Assembly (NCBI GenBank): GCA_029100965.1
Contig: JAQXQC010000038.1
Span: 1 to 47,053, forward strand
DNA from: Bacilli bacterium
GTDB lineage: Bacteria > Bacillota_I > Bacilli_A > RF39 > UBA660
Length of the DNA stretch: 47,053 bases
Direction of reading: 5' to 3'
The notes below the pieces were generated by a model. The model saw only the letters and a program-made list of their open reading frames with translations, was not told the origin of the DNA and ran no database searches. Positions 27,261-36,459 of this stretch are shown piece by piece (the stretch's first letter is position 1; every line of letters starts with the position of its first letter). The position numbers and the translations under genes are program-made.

Positions 27261-27563
27261 GAATGAGATAAAGTTCTTTGAAAATTTAATCATTATCATT
27301 AAATACATTCCTATTATAGTTGGAAACGACTAGCACATTAGTAAGTTCGCTTGCGACCAAAACTTGACTATAAATATAGAGTTGCTCTCTATAGTGCGAT
27401 GATAAATAATAGGGACAATGATACTTCTGCTTAGCCACAATCTCAAATAATGGGAGCAGTTCTGTGCGAACCACAGGAAGGTGAGATACCTATGGAATTG
27501 ATTAGCAATCAATCATTTAATGATAAATATATTTAACTTAATATGAAAGGATGGAGAAAATGA

Positions 27564-27785
27564 ATGAATATATATAAAGTTATTGTAAGAAAAGTATTTA
27601 AAGCAGAAATGAATGTAAATGCAAAAAATGAACAAGAGGCTTTAAATAAAACTATTGATTTAATGAGTAGCTGTGATAAGAAAACTTTGGATTCGGATAA
27701 ATTATTTGATTCTACACCAATACTTAATTATGAAGTGGAAAAATGTTTAGCTGAATTAGATAGTCTAATGGATGAATGTAATTAG
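27564..27785 (+). CDS. Hypothetical small protein (73 aa)
   Basis: GGAG RBS 7 nt upstream; no motif recognised. Confidence 0.45.
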   Translation: MNIYKVIVRKVFKAEMNVNAKNEQEALNKTIDLMSSCDKKTLDSDKLFDSTPILNYEVEKCLAELDSLMDECN

Positions 27786-27885
27786 AAAAAATTAATTGTC
27801 AATCATACAATTTGAGTATTTTTAAAATTGTTTTAAAAGAATAGCAGTGTTATTATGATTAAAATTTTATGAGGGAGGTAAAAAA

Positions 27886-28071
27886 ATGGATGAGAAAAAA
27901 GTTTATACTGCAGTTGAAATTCAAAAAATGTTGAATTTGAGTAAAAGCAAATTATATATATTTCTTGATGAAGCATATAGGCGACAAGATCCATTTAAGG
28001 TATTAAAAATTGGTAAGTTATATAGAATCCAAAAAGATTCTTTTGATAAATGGATAAATGGTGAGGTGTAG
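27886..28071 (+). CDS. xis: Excisionase-family (MerR-like HTH) DNA-binding protein
   Basis: YTAVEIQKMLNLSKSKLYIFL...KIGKLYRIQKDSFDKWI pattern; lies directly upstream of the integrases. Confidence 0.75.
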   Translation: MDEKKVYTAVEIQKMLNLSKSKLYIFLDEAYRRQDPFKVLKIGKLYRIQKDSFDKWINGEV

Positions 28072-28076
28072 AAATA

Positions 28077-29249
28077 TTGGAAAAAAAGAGTGTAGCCTTT
28101 TTTGAGAGAGGTTCATGGTATCATAGATATAAATTAGTTTTGGACGATGGAACAGTAAAGTATTTAAAAAAAGGTGGCTTTAAGACAGAAAGTGAAGCAG
28201 TTGATTCATATAAAAAATACTTAGAAATATATGAGAATAAAATATCAAATTATAAAATTTTAGTAGAAAAAGATATTAGTTTTATTAGTTATTTGAAATA
28301 CTGGTTTGAAAATATTTTTTCTTTAAGAATAGAAGATACAACCAAAAGTGTTGGCTCTTATATTATTTATAATTTGATTATTCCTAATATTGAATATGAT
28401 ATTAAAATTACCCAGATAACTTCGGATTATTTAGATGACATTATTGCCAGGTGTAATTCTATAACCTCTTGTGGAGGCTATTCTTCAAAATCTTATATTT
28501 ATATGGCCTTAAAAGATGCTGTAATAAACGGATATATTAATAGTAATCCATGTTTGAAAGTCAAAACTTATAGAAGACCTAAGCCAAAGATAAATGTTTA
28601 TAATAAAGAAGAAATTAAAAAGTTTTTAAAAGAAGCTTATAAAACTAATTGGTACTTAGAAATTTTATTGGGATTATTTTGTGGACTTAGAAAAGGTGAA
28701 ATATTAGGATTAAAGTTTTCTGACTTTGATTTAGAAAATAATATTTTAAGTATTAATAGGCAGATTGGGATAGAATTGAATTTGGAGAAAGAGAGTTGTA
28801 AATCAATTACTAGAAAGCAAGTAGAAAAGCACTTAAAGACACCAAATAGCAAAAGAATTTTGAAGGTTTCTGATGTTATTATGAAAGAAGTTAGAAAAAG
28901 ATATAAATATAATAATAATTTAAAAAAAGGCCAGAAAGAGTTTATTGATGAAGATTATGTTTCTTGCCAAAAAAATGGGAAACCCAAAAATATTTCTTCT
29001 ATGAATACAGCTATTAATAAAATAGCTGATAGGGCAAATTTGAAAAGAATATCTGTTCATGGGTTAAGACATATGTTTGCAACGATACTTTTGGAACAAG
29101 GGGTATCCTTGCCTAAAATATCAGCTGTTATGGGACATTCTTCTGTTCATACTACGTTTGATTATTATTGTGATGTTATGGATGAAAATGATAAAATTAT
29201 CGCCTTTATTAATGATACTTTTGCTGTAGAAGATGATGATAAGTGTTAA
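28077..29249 (+). CDS. int: Tyrosine-type site-specific integrase 1
   Basis: Catalytic signatures LRKGE, HGLRHMFAT, GHSSVHTTFDYY. N-terminal Arm-type domain (GSWYHRYKL...GGFKTESEA). TTG start 8 nt after GAGGTG. Confidence 0.9.
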   Translation: MEKKSVAFFERGSWYHRYKLVLDDGTVKYLKKGGFKTESEAVDSYKKYLEIYENKISNYKILVEKDISFISYLKYWFENIFSLRIEDTTKSVGSYIIYNLIIPNIEYDIKITQITSDYLDDIIARCNSITSCGGYSSKSYIYMALKDAVINGYINSNPCLKVKTYRRPKPKINVYNKEEIKKFLKEAYKTNWYLEILLGLFCGLRKGEILGLKFSDFDLENNILSINRQIGIELNLEKESCKSITRKQVEKHLKTPNSKRILKVSDVIMKEVRKRYKYNNNLKKGQKEFIDEDYVSCQKNGKPKNISSMNTAINKIADRANLKRISVHGLRHMFATILLEQGVSLPKISAVMGHSSVHTTFDYYCDVMDENDKIIAFINDTFAVEDDDKC

Positions 29250-30547
29250 ATTTAAAAGAGAGCGAATATAGAGATTATATAATATATTCTGTAACTAGGT
29301 TAAAGAAAAAATATGGTTTTAGGGTTAAATTAATATATGGTGATAATAATTTTGAAATACAACAATTTGGTGGCTTTAAAACAAAAAGAGAAGCTAATAG
29401 TTATAAAAATGTAATTACTGCTCAATTATATAATAGAACCTTTGTGATTATAAGAAAAGTTAGAGTGGAAGATTTTTTTAATTATTGGCTAGAAAATGTT
29501 GTTAAAAAAAATTTCACATATAATACATATTATTCTTATAAATTAACAGTAAAAAATCATATAGTACCTTTAATTGGAAATCATTTTATAAACAGTCTTA
29601 ATCAAAGTCATATTCAAAAATTATATAATAGTTTATATGATAAATCTCCTTGTATAGCGAAGAATGGAAAATCTGTAATGAATTCTGCTTTTCAATTTGC
29701 ACTTGATAAACAACTGATAAGTTGTAATATTGTTAAAAATGTTAATTTACCTAAGAAAAGTTTATATGATTACGATAAATTTGATTCTAAGTATATAAGA
29801 ATAAATATTGAAAAAACATTGAATATAACACAGATAAATACTTTGATAAATGCAAGTAAGACTACTCCTATATATTTACATATTCTTTTTGCTGTTTTGA
29901 TGGGATTAAGAAAAAGTGAAATCAACGGACTTAAGTTTTCTGATGTAGATTTTGTTCATAGAAAATTAAGTGTTCAAAGACAATTGGGAATTGATCCTAA
30001 TAAATCTAAAGAAGAATGTCAAAAGAAAACTTACACTACTCAGGAGATTAAACTAAAGACTTTCTCTAGTAAAAGAGTTTTAGATATTCCGGATATGGTA
30101 TTTGAAGCAATTTTAGAAGAAAGAAAAAGATATGATGCAAATAGAAGTAGAAGAAAAAATGATAAACATAATCCATTTAGAGATTTGAATTATATATGTT
30201 GTTCAACTTATGGAAAACCAAGAAGTTTAGGATATATTCAAAAATACTATAAAAGTCTATTAAAAGAAAATGGGTTACCTAATATTAGATTTCATGATTT
30301 GAGACATACATATAGTACAATTTTGTTAAAAAATAATTATGATGTAAAAGCAGTTTCAAAATTACTAGGACATGCTCACTCTATTATAACAGTTGATGTA
30401 TATACGGATAAAAATGAACTTGCAATCGATTGTTTGGCTGAATTGGAACCATTTATTAATGATGTTGTTCCAAAGCAAAAAAATTCTGAAAATAATTACA
30501 CGAATTTGCAAAAATTGATTAATTTAGATAATTTTCTTGAAGACTGA
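29243..30547 (+). CDS. Tyrosine-type site-specific integrase 2 (divergent paralog)
   Basis: LRKSE, FHDLRHTYST, GHAHSIITVDVYTD; N-terminal YGFRVKLIYG...GGFKTKREA. The GTG start overlaps the int1 stop by 7 nt. Confidence 0.85.
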   Translation: MLNLKESEYRDYIIYSVTRLKKKYGFRVKLIYGDNNFEIQQFGGFKTKREANSYKNVITAQLYNRTFVIIRKVRVEDFFNYWLENVVKKNFTYNTYYSYKLTVKNHIVPLIGNHFINSLNQSHIQKLYNSLYDKSPCIAKNGKSVMNSAFQFALDKQLISCNIVKNVNLPKKSLYDYDKFDSKYIRINIEKTLNITQINTLINASKTTPIYLHILFAVLMGLRKSEINGLKFSDVDFVHRKLSVQRQLGIDPNKSKEECQKKTYTTQEIKLKTFSSKRVLDIPDMVFEAILEERKRYDANRSRRKNDKHNPFRDLNYICCSTYGKPRSLGYIQKYYKSLLKENGLPNIRFHDLRHTYSTILLKNNYDVKAVSKLLGHAHSIITVDVYTDKNELAIDCLAELEPFINDVVPKQKNSENNYTNLQKLINLDNFLED

Positions 30548-30726
30548 AAATTACAAATAGTTTATTTCTTGAACTGTTGTAATTATTAGTCTTTTTTGCT
30601 ATAATTAATCTAGATGTTATTTTATTTTTTTTGCTGTTAGTTTGTGGCCGTTTAAGAATTTGATTCGTGTAATGAAAAAACTCTCTTAAAATTGTGGGAA
30701 AATTACACGAATTCTTACACGAATTC
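30494..30726. repeat. Four copies of a TTACACGAAT-core motif at the ICE right junction: three direct, one inverted
   Basis: AATTACACGAATTT at 30494-30507 (inside the int2 3' end); ATTCGTGTAAT at 30663-30673 (inverted); AATTACACGAATT at 30701-30713; CTTACACGAATTC at 30714-30726. Confidence 0.7.
30577..30605 (+). promoter_or_regulatory. Candidate extended -10 promoter reading toward uvrB
   Basis: TTGTAA, 17-nt spacer, TGcTATAAT (TATAAT at 30600-30605). Confidence 0.45.
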
Positions 30727-30760
30727 ACTGGCTGATAGTGCGATTTTTGGAGGTGGCCAC

Positions 30761-32707
30761 ATGTTTAAATTGGTATCAAAATATCAGCCAAATGGGGATC
30801 AACCTGAGGCAATAAAAGAGTTAGTTAGTGGGATTAAAAATGGGCGTAAAGAGCAGGTTTTATTGGGTGCAACGGGTACTGGAAAGACATTTACAATTGC
30901 TAATGTTATCAATGAAGTTCAGAAACCAACTTTGGTTCTTGCTCATAACAAAACTTTGGCTGGTCAATTGTATTCTGAGTTGAAGGAATTGTTTCCAGAT
31001 AATCGTGTTGAGTACTTTGTATCATATTATGATTATTATCAGCCAGAAGCTTATGTTCCTAGTACAGATACTTATATTGAAAAGGATAGTTCAATTAATG
31101 ATGAAATTGATGAATTGAGGCATAGTGCAACTTCTGGATTATTGTCTAGACGTGATGTTATTGTCGTAGCGTCTGTTTCTTGTATTTATGGGATTGGTGA
31201 AGTAGAAGATTATAAAAATAAAATACTTACTTTGAATGTTGATGATGAGATAGAAAGAGAAGAAGTATTAAAAAGACTTGTTGATATGTTGTATGAAAGA
31301 AATGAAATGGATTTTAAGAGGGGAACGTTTCGTTCTAAGGGAGATGTTATTGAGATTATTCCTAGTTATGAAAGAAAAAATGGGATTCGTATTGAATTTT
31401 TTGGAGATACGATTGATCGAATTTCTTCTTTTGATGTAGTAACTGGTCAGGCTTTAAGTCATAAAAAGTCGATTTCTATTTTTCCGGCTTCTCACTTTGT
31501 TACTGATGAAGAGAAATTAAAGATTTCTATTGAAAGAATCCGTAAAGAATGTGATGAGAGATGTAAGTATTTTAAAGAACATGGTAAATTCATTGAAGAA
31601 CAGAGAATTCGTGAGAGATGTAATTATGATATGGAAATGCTTGAAGAGACTGGTTTTTGTCATGGAATTGAAAATTATTCTAGACATATTGCTTTAAGGA
31701 AAGAGGGAGAGACGCCTACTTGTTTGATTGATTTTTTTCCTAAGGATTTTTTGATGGTAATTGATGAGTCACATGTTACGATTCCTCAGGTAAGGGGAAT
31801 GTATAATGGAGATAGAGCAAGGAAGATGAATTTGGTTGAGTATGGATTTAGGTTACCTAGTGCGTTGGATAACCGTCCTTTAAAGTTTGATGAATTTGAG
31901 GAAAAAATTAATCAAGTAATCTATGTTTCTGCTACTCCAGGGGATTATGAAATGGAACATGTTAAAGGAGAAGTTGTGGAGCAAATTATTCGCCCAACAG
32001 GTCTTTTAGATCCGCTAATTGAGGTTAGGGGGACGAAAAATCAAATTGATAATTTGGTAGAAGAGATTGATAAACGTATTTCTCTTAATGAGAGAGTATT
32101 AATTACAACTTTGACGATTCGAATGGCTGAGGAGTTATCTAATTATCTTAAGAATATTGATATTAAGGTAGCTTATTTGCATAGTGAGATAAAGACTTTA
32201 CAGCGAATGCAGATTATTCATGATTTACGTGTTGGAAAGTATGATGTTGTGGTTGGTATTAATTTGCTTCGTGAAGGGATTGATATTCCAGAAGTTAGTT
32301 TGATTGCCATTATGGATGCCGATAAGCAAGGCTTTCTTCGAAGTACAAGAAGTTTAATTCAGACGATTGGAAGATGTGCTAGAAATAGTCATGGGAAGGT
32401 TATTATGTATGCAGATACTATTAGTGATAGTATGCAAGAAGCCATTTCTGAAACGGCTAGAAGAAGAAAAATTCAGGAAGAATATAATACTTCTCATGGA
32501 ATTGTTCCTAAGACAATTATGAAAGAAATTCGTGATGTTATTTCTAATGAAGAAGAAGTACATGTTGAAGAAAAGAAAATGACGAAAAAAGAAAAAGAGG
32601 AAATGATAGATAATTTGAATAGGGAAATGAGGCAAGCAGCTAAGGAACTTGATTTTGAGCGTGCTATGGAATTGAGAGATATTTTATTTGAGTTGCAAAG
32701 TGAATAA
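30761..32707 (+). CDS. uvrB: Excinuclease ABC subunit B
   Basis: [22 protein letters not shown]..., Walker [13 protein letters not shown] box, C-terminal UVR motif [12 protein letters not shown]. The ATG at 30761 follows GGAGGTGG; the ORF-track start at 30692 is an upstream read-through. Confidence 0.97.
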   Translation: MFKLVSKYQPNGDQPEAIKELVSGIKNGRKEQVLLGATGTGKTFTIANVINEVQKPTLVLAHNKTLAGQLYSELKELFPDNRVEYFVSYYDYYQPEAYVPSTDTYIEKDSSINDEIDELRHSATSGLLSRRDVIVVASVSCIYGIGEVEDYKNKILTLNVDDEIEREEVLKRLVDMLYERNEMDFKRGTFRSKGDVIEIIPSYERKNGIRIEFFGDTIDRISSFDVVTGQALSHKKSISIFPASHFVTDEEKLKISIERIRKECDERCKYFKEHGKFIEEQRIRERCNYDMEMLEETGFCHGIENYSRHIALRKEGETPTCLIDFFPKDFLMVIDESHVTIPQVRGMYNGDRARKMNLVEYGFRLPSALDNRPLKFDEFEEKINQVIYVSATPGDYEMEHVKGEVVEQIIRPTGLLDPLIEVRGTKNQIDNLVEEIDKRISLNERVLITTLTIRMAEELSNYLKNIDIKVAYLHSEIKTLQRMQIIHDLRVGKYDVVVGINLLREGIDIPEVSLIAIMDADKQGFLRSTRSLIQTIGRCARNSHGKVIMYADTISDSMQEAISETARRRKIQEEYNTSHGIVPKTIMKEIRDVISNEEEVHVEEKKMTKKEKEEMIDNLNREMRQAAKELDFERAMELRDILFELQSE

Positions 32708-32730
32708 TATTTTATAAAAAATAAAAAAAT

Positions 32731-32765
32731 AAAAAAAGATAATGACAAGTTATCTTTTTTTTGTT
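32731..32765 (+). terminator. uvrB terminator
   Basis: AAAAAAAGATAA-TGACAAG-TTATCTTTTTTTT. Confidence 0.7.
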
Positions 32766-32770
32766 ATAAT
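32742..32770 (+). promoter_or_regulatory. Candidate extended -10 promoter
   Basis: ATGACA, 17-nt spacer, TGtTATAAT (TATAAT at 32765-32770). Confidence 0.4.
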
Positions 32771-32809
32771 TGCTTTAATAATAGTAGATAATAGTAGTGG
32801 GTGGTATGT

Positions 32810-33457
32810 ATGGTACAAAGAATGATTTTAAAAACACAAGATAAGTGTATTTATGAAATAGAAGAAAAAAATTTAAAATTTTATTTATTGATTCCTAATA
32901 CAAAGAAAGTTTTTTTGACGATATGTTTGATGGAGAATCCGACAGATGTATCAATTCAAAAAATTATTCAAGAACCAAATAAGGTATTAGTTATACCTAT
33001 GGTGGAAAGTAATATTTTATCTTCTGTTTCATTAAATCAAGAAGAGGCTTTTCATTATTTAGATCAATATATTTCGGGATTGATTAATTTGTCTCATCAA
33101 ATTTTAGTTTATAATCATATTGAAGTAGAAAATGTTGTTTATTTTAATAGCGCATTGTTTCCTAATTTTGAGAAGTGGTTTATTCAAAAATATCAAGGTA
33201 GGGTTGCTAGTGTGAAGATTAATTATCAATCTAGTGAGAAGGTAAATCCTATTATTCAAGAACCAGATACGATTGATAATACAATGACTTTAGCTGCTTC
33301 TATTTCTCAGTCTCAGAGTGCCGATGTTCCTTTAGTTGATGAGGAGAAGACTCCTGAAGTTCAGGAGAATAGTCATGATTTTGGTTTTGTTTCTTATGTC
33401 TTATTAGGGGTAATCGTTGCAGTTGTATCATTAGTTTTTCTTTATTTAATTATTTAA
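32810..33457 (+). CDS. Hypothetical protein with a C-terminal TM anchor. Start uncertain (32801, 32810 or 32822).
   Basis: ORF with the C-terminal helix FVSYVLLGVIVAVVSLVFLYLII; no other motif recognised. Confidence 0.5.
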   Translation: MVQRMILKTQDKCIYEIEEKNLKFYLLIPNTKKVFLTICLMENPTDVSIQKIIQEPNKVLVIPMVESNILSSVSLNQEEAFHYLDQYISGLINLSHQILVYNHIEVENVVYFNSALFPNFEKWFIQKYQGRVASVKINYQSSEKVNPIIQEPDTIDNTMTLAASISQSQSADVPLVDEEKTPEVQENSHDFGFVSYVLLGVIVAVVSLVFLYLII

Positions 33458-33487
33458 AAAAGCTTATTGTTGAGATAAGCTTTTTAT
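33455..33487. terminator. Bidirectional terminator between convergent genes
   Basis: AAGCTTAT-TGTTGAG-ATAAGCTT flanked by A and T runs. Confidence 0.7.
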
Positions 33488-33738
33488 TTTATGTACATTG
33501 CAATTGTTGCAACAATTGATCCTACCATTAAAATTAACATGATGATAGCAAAAATTCTTGCGCCTAAATTATGGCTGTATGTATTTTTTTGTTTCTTTTT
33601 CTTAGGAGGATTCTTTTTTTCTTTTTTCTTTTTGCTCTCTTCTTTTTTCTTTTTATTTAGATCATATAATTCTTTTTTTGATGGTCCTTGTTTTTCTTCT
33701 ACAACAATTTCTTCTTGTTTCTTTTTCTTTTTACTCAT
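33484..33738 (-). CDS. Lysine-rich tail-anchored small membrane protein (84 aa)
   Basis: The ATG at 33738 follows an AGAGGTG RBS. MSKKKKKQEE...KKKKEESKKKKEKKNPPKKKKQK, then the TM helix IFAIIMLILMVGSIVATIAMYI. Confidence 0.6.
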   Translation of the reverse strand: MSKKKKKQEEIVVEEKQGPSKKELYDLNKKKKEESKKKKEKKNPPKKKKQKNTYSHNLGARIFAIIMLILMVGSIVATIAMYIK

Positions 33739-33817
33739 GTTTGTCACCTCTTTTAACATTATAACGGAAAATAGGTATAAATACAAGGGGAAGGTAATAT
33801 ATTTAAGTGGTGATAAG

Positions 33818-34456
33818 ATGAAAAAAGGAACAGGGAAAAAAATACGATTAAGAGAGTTGATTTTACCCAATAAAAAATTAAATTATTTTGCTGGGATGAT
33901 AATATTATTAGGAGTTTTATCGGGATCTATTTTTTTAATGTTATCTAGTGCGACAGATAAAAATAATGTGATTAAGCAAATAGAAGTATTTTTTACCAAT
34001 ATTAGTAGGGGAGGGGTAAATTGTGGACTAGCATTTAAGAATAGTATGATTATTAATTATTTATTTGTTTTTGTTATATGGATATTTGGACTTAGTATGA
34101 TTGGTGTTTTTTTTAATATTTTTATTGCCTATTTAAAGGGATTTTTGGTGGGATTTTCTATTTCTTCACTTTTTTTAACTTATCAATTAAAAGGATTTTT
34201 GGGTGTGCTTTTTTATACTTTTCCTAGTCAAATTTTAAATATATTTGTTGTTTATCTTTTAACTATTTATAGTTTTATGTTTTCTTCTCATTTGTTTAAA
34301 ATTGTATTATCTAAGAAAGGAAATAATCGAAGTATGTTAAAGAAGTATGGGGTTATTTTAATGTTTTGTATTATTTTGAGTTTTGTTTCTAGTGTTTTGG
34401 AAGTTTATGTTTTTCCTAAAGTATTAAAATTATTTATTTCAATTTATATTTCTTGA
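33818..34456 (+). CDS. spoIIM: SpoIIM-family (stage II sporulation protein M / DUF95) membrane protein
   Basis: GLSMIGVFFNIFIAYLKGFLVGFSISSLFL resembles the SpoIIM core. The in-frame ATG at 33818 is used; the ORF-track 5' extension is antisense to the K-rich gene. Confidence 0.7.
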   Translation: MKKGTGKKIRLRELILPNKKLNYFAGMIILLGVLSGSIFLMLSSATDKNNVIKQIEVFFTNISRGGVNCGLAFKNSMIINYLFVFVIWIFGLSMIGVFFNIFIAYLKGFLVGFSISSLFLTYQLKGFLGVLFYTFPSQILNIFVVYLLTIYSFMFSSHLFKIVLSKKGNNRSMLKKYGVILMFCIILSFVSSVLEVYVFPKVLKLFISIYIS

Positions 34457-34487
34457 TTATTTTCTCATACTAGTAGTAGGTGAGATT

Positions 34488-35573
34488 ATGGATACAAAGA
34501 AAATAGAGAGAAATTCTTTTTTTTATCATTTATTTTTATTTTTTTCTTCTTTTACTAGGGGATTAGTAGAGGTTTTTTCTTTGGTTCTTTTATATAAGAA
34601 AGGATATTCAGTAGATGCTCTTTTTTTCTTTTTGTTTCTTTTATATTTTGTAGGTATTTTTGTTAATATTGGTAGTCTTTTATTACCTTATCGTTTAGTA
34701 CTTATCTTTTCTACACTTTTATATGGGGGCAGTTTTTTTTATTTATCTGTGATGAAAAATACTTATTTATCTTTAATTCTTTTTAGTATTCTTTTATCGT
34801 GTAGTAATTATTCTTATCATTGTGTAAGGCATTATTTAGCTTGTTGTATGCTTGCTCGAAAGAATCTTCAAACGAATAGATTAGTTTTGATGATGTATTT
34901 AGGGGTAATCTTTTCTTCTTTAGTGGGAACTTTTTTTGTGAGTAAGTTACCAATTATTTATAGTGGAACTATTATTTTTATTCTTTCTTTAGTTTCTATT
35001 ATTCCTGTTTTTTTAGGAAAAATACAAATAGAAGAAAGAAAAAGGGTTAAAATTCCTAGATTAAGTAAGAATAAAATCTTATTTAGTATTTTTGAACAAT
35101 TTAAAGTGATTTTTTTGGAAATACAACCTTTATTTCTTTATCTTTATGTGAAAAAATCTATTTTTTATGTGGGAATATTTCATGTGGTGATTCATCTTTC
35201 TTCTTTATTAGTTGTTTATTTCTTTTCTAAGAAATTAAAAGAAAAGCATTTTTTATGGATTAGTTTTGGGATAGCTTTTGTCTTTTTTTTGAAACTGAAT
35301 CTTAAAAATGAATTTATTTTGTTATTTGTTGCTTTGTTAGAGGGAATAGGAGTGAAGATGTATGAAGTATTTAGTTTAAATAATCTTTATGATTTTAAAA
35401 AATTAGATGTTCGATCTTATTTATTGATGGAAGAAGTTATCTTTTTTGGTACGAAATCTATTTTTATGGCAATTGTATGTTTATTTCATTTTTCTATTTA
35501 TTGGGTTTTATTGATTTGTATTATTGGGGTTTTGGCTAGTGGATTTTTTTTGCAAGAAAAAAAGTATCTTTAA
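34488..35573 (+). CDS. Polytopic membrane protein (about 10 TM helices), family not recognised
   Basis: Hydrophobicity pattern only. Confidence 0.55.
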   Translation: MDTKKIERNSFFYHLFLFFSSFTRGLVEVFSLVLLYKKGYSVDALFFFLFLLYFVGIFVNIGSLLLPYRLVLIFSTLLYGGSFFYLSVMKNTYLSLILFSILLSCSNYSYHCVRHYLACCMLARKNLQTNRLVLMMYLGVIFSSLVGTFFVSKLPIIYSGTIIFILSLVSIIPVFLGKIQIEERKRVKIPRLSKNKILFSIFEQFKVIFLEIQPLFLYLYVKKSIFYVGIFHVVIHLSSLLVVYFFSKKLKEKHFLWISFGIAFVFFLKLNLKNEFILLFVALLEGIGVKMYEVFSLNNLYDFKKLDVRSYLLMEEVIFFGTKSIFMAIVCLFHFSIYWVLLICIIGVLASGFFLQEKKYL

Positions 35574-35580
35574 AGGATAC

Positions 35581-36324
35581 TTATGAACGGGCTGCGCCAT
35601 CTACTTGAAGAATTTCTCCTGTTGTGTAATTTGCCATATCACTTGCTAAATATAAGAATGCATTTGCAATATCGATTGGTTTGCCAATTTTTCCTAGAGG
35701 AATTGTTTTAATTAATGGTTCAATCACTTCTTTTGGTAAAGCAGATACCATATCGGTTTCTGTAATTCCTGGAGCAACAGCATTTACTCGAATGTTTAAT
35801 GAGGCTAATTCTCTTGCTAAGGATTTTGTTAGTCCGTTGACAGCAAATTTGCTTGCTGGATACATACAACCACTTGGTTGTCCATAAATACTTACCATAG
35901 AACTTGTGTTTAAGATTACACCATTTCCTTGTTCTTTCATGTAAGGTACTGCTACTTTAGAACATAAGAATACAGATTTAATATTGATATTAATGATTTT
36001 ATCTAATTCTTCTTCTGTATAACTTGTTAATGGAGTAGCAGAAGAAATTCCTGCATTATTGATTAAAATATCAATATGTCCAAATTTTTCGTATACTTTT
36101 TTGAAAGCTTCTGCTATTTCTTTTTCATTATTTAATGTAGGATGTAGTCCTATTACTTCATAATTACTATTTTCTTCTTTTAATTTATTTAGTGCATGAT
36201 TAACGGTTTCTTCTCTTGAACCAAATAATGCTACTTTAGCTCCATTTTGTAAGAATAATCTTACTGTTTCAAAGCCAATTCCTCTAGTACCACCAGTAAT
36301 GATGGCTACTTTGTTTTCTAACAT
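35581..36324 (-). CDS. Short-chain dehydrogenase/reductase (FabG-like)
   Basis: TGGTRGIG, NNAG, YPASK catalytic motif. The ATG at 36324 gives the usual N-terminus; the ORF extends to 36351. Confidence 0.9.
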   Translation of the reverse strand: MLENKVAIITGGTRGIGFETVRLFLQNGAKVALFGSREETVNHALNKLKEENSNYEVIGLHPTLNNEKEIAEAFKKVYEKFGHIDILINNAGISSATPLTSYTEEELDKIININIKSVFLCSKVAVPYMKEQGNGVILNTSSMVSIYGQPSGCMYPASKFAVNGLTKSLARELASLNIRVNAVAPGITETDMVSALPKEVIEPLIKTIPLGKIGKPIDIANAFLYLASDMANYTTGEILQVDGAARS

Positions 36325-36459
36325 ATTTATCACCATACTTTCCTTAATCATTATAACTTATTTTTTGATTTAGGAAAATACTTTAGAAGTATTTTTTGGT
36401 AAGAAAAAGGGAAACTTGACAATTATTTTCTTATTGTTTAGAATATTCTTCAAGTTGAG

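Larger units (their letters stand above)
1..30730. mobile_element. Integrative conjugative element (ICE), partial. The left end is outside the window. The right boundary is approximate, somewhere between the int2 stop (30547) and the uvrB start (30761).
   Basis: Contiguous same-strand set of ssb, mobC, relaxase, PcfB, T4CP, VirB6-, VirB3- and VirB4-like genes, a cell-wall hydrolase, a sigma-like regulator, xis and two tyrosine integrases, followed directly by core gene uvrB. Confidence 0.85.

Noticed and set aside
27286-27512. Two overlapping minus-strand ORFs (62 and 60 aa)
   Set aside because: They have no RBS, are mutually exclusive frames, and run opposite to every other ICE gene. The region is treated as non-coding (see the finding).
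30571-30582. GAACTGTTGTAA as a LexA (Cheo) box
   Set aside because: Only the first half-site matches GAAC-N4-GTTC, which is too weak to call.
30519-30760. Minus-strand ORF 30519-30728, and the 23-codon upstream extension of uvrB from 30692
   Set aside because: The uvrB N-terminus [10 protein letters not shown]... with a GGAGGTGG RBS fixes the start at 30761. The upstream stretch is the repeat-bearing junction, and the minus ORF has no RBS.
33491-33817. 5' extension of the spoIIM-family ORF
   Set aside because: It is the antisense of the lysine-rich gene and translates as F/L/S runs. The real start is probably the ATG at 33818.
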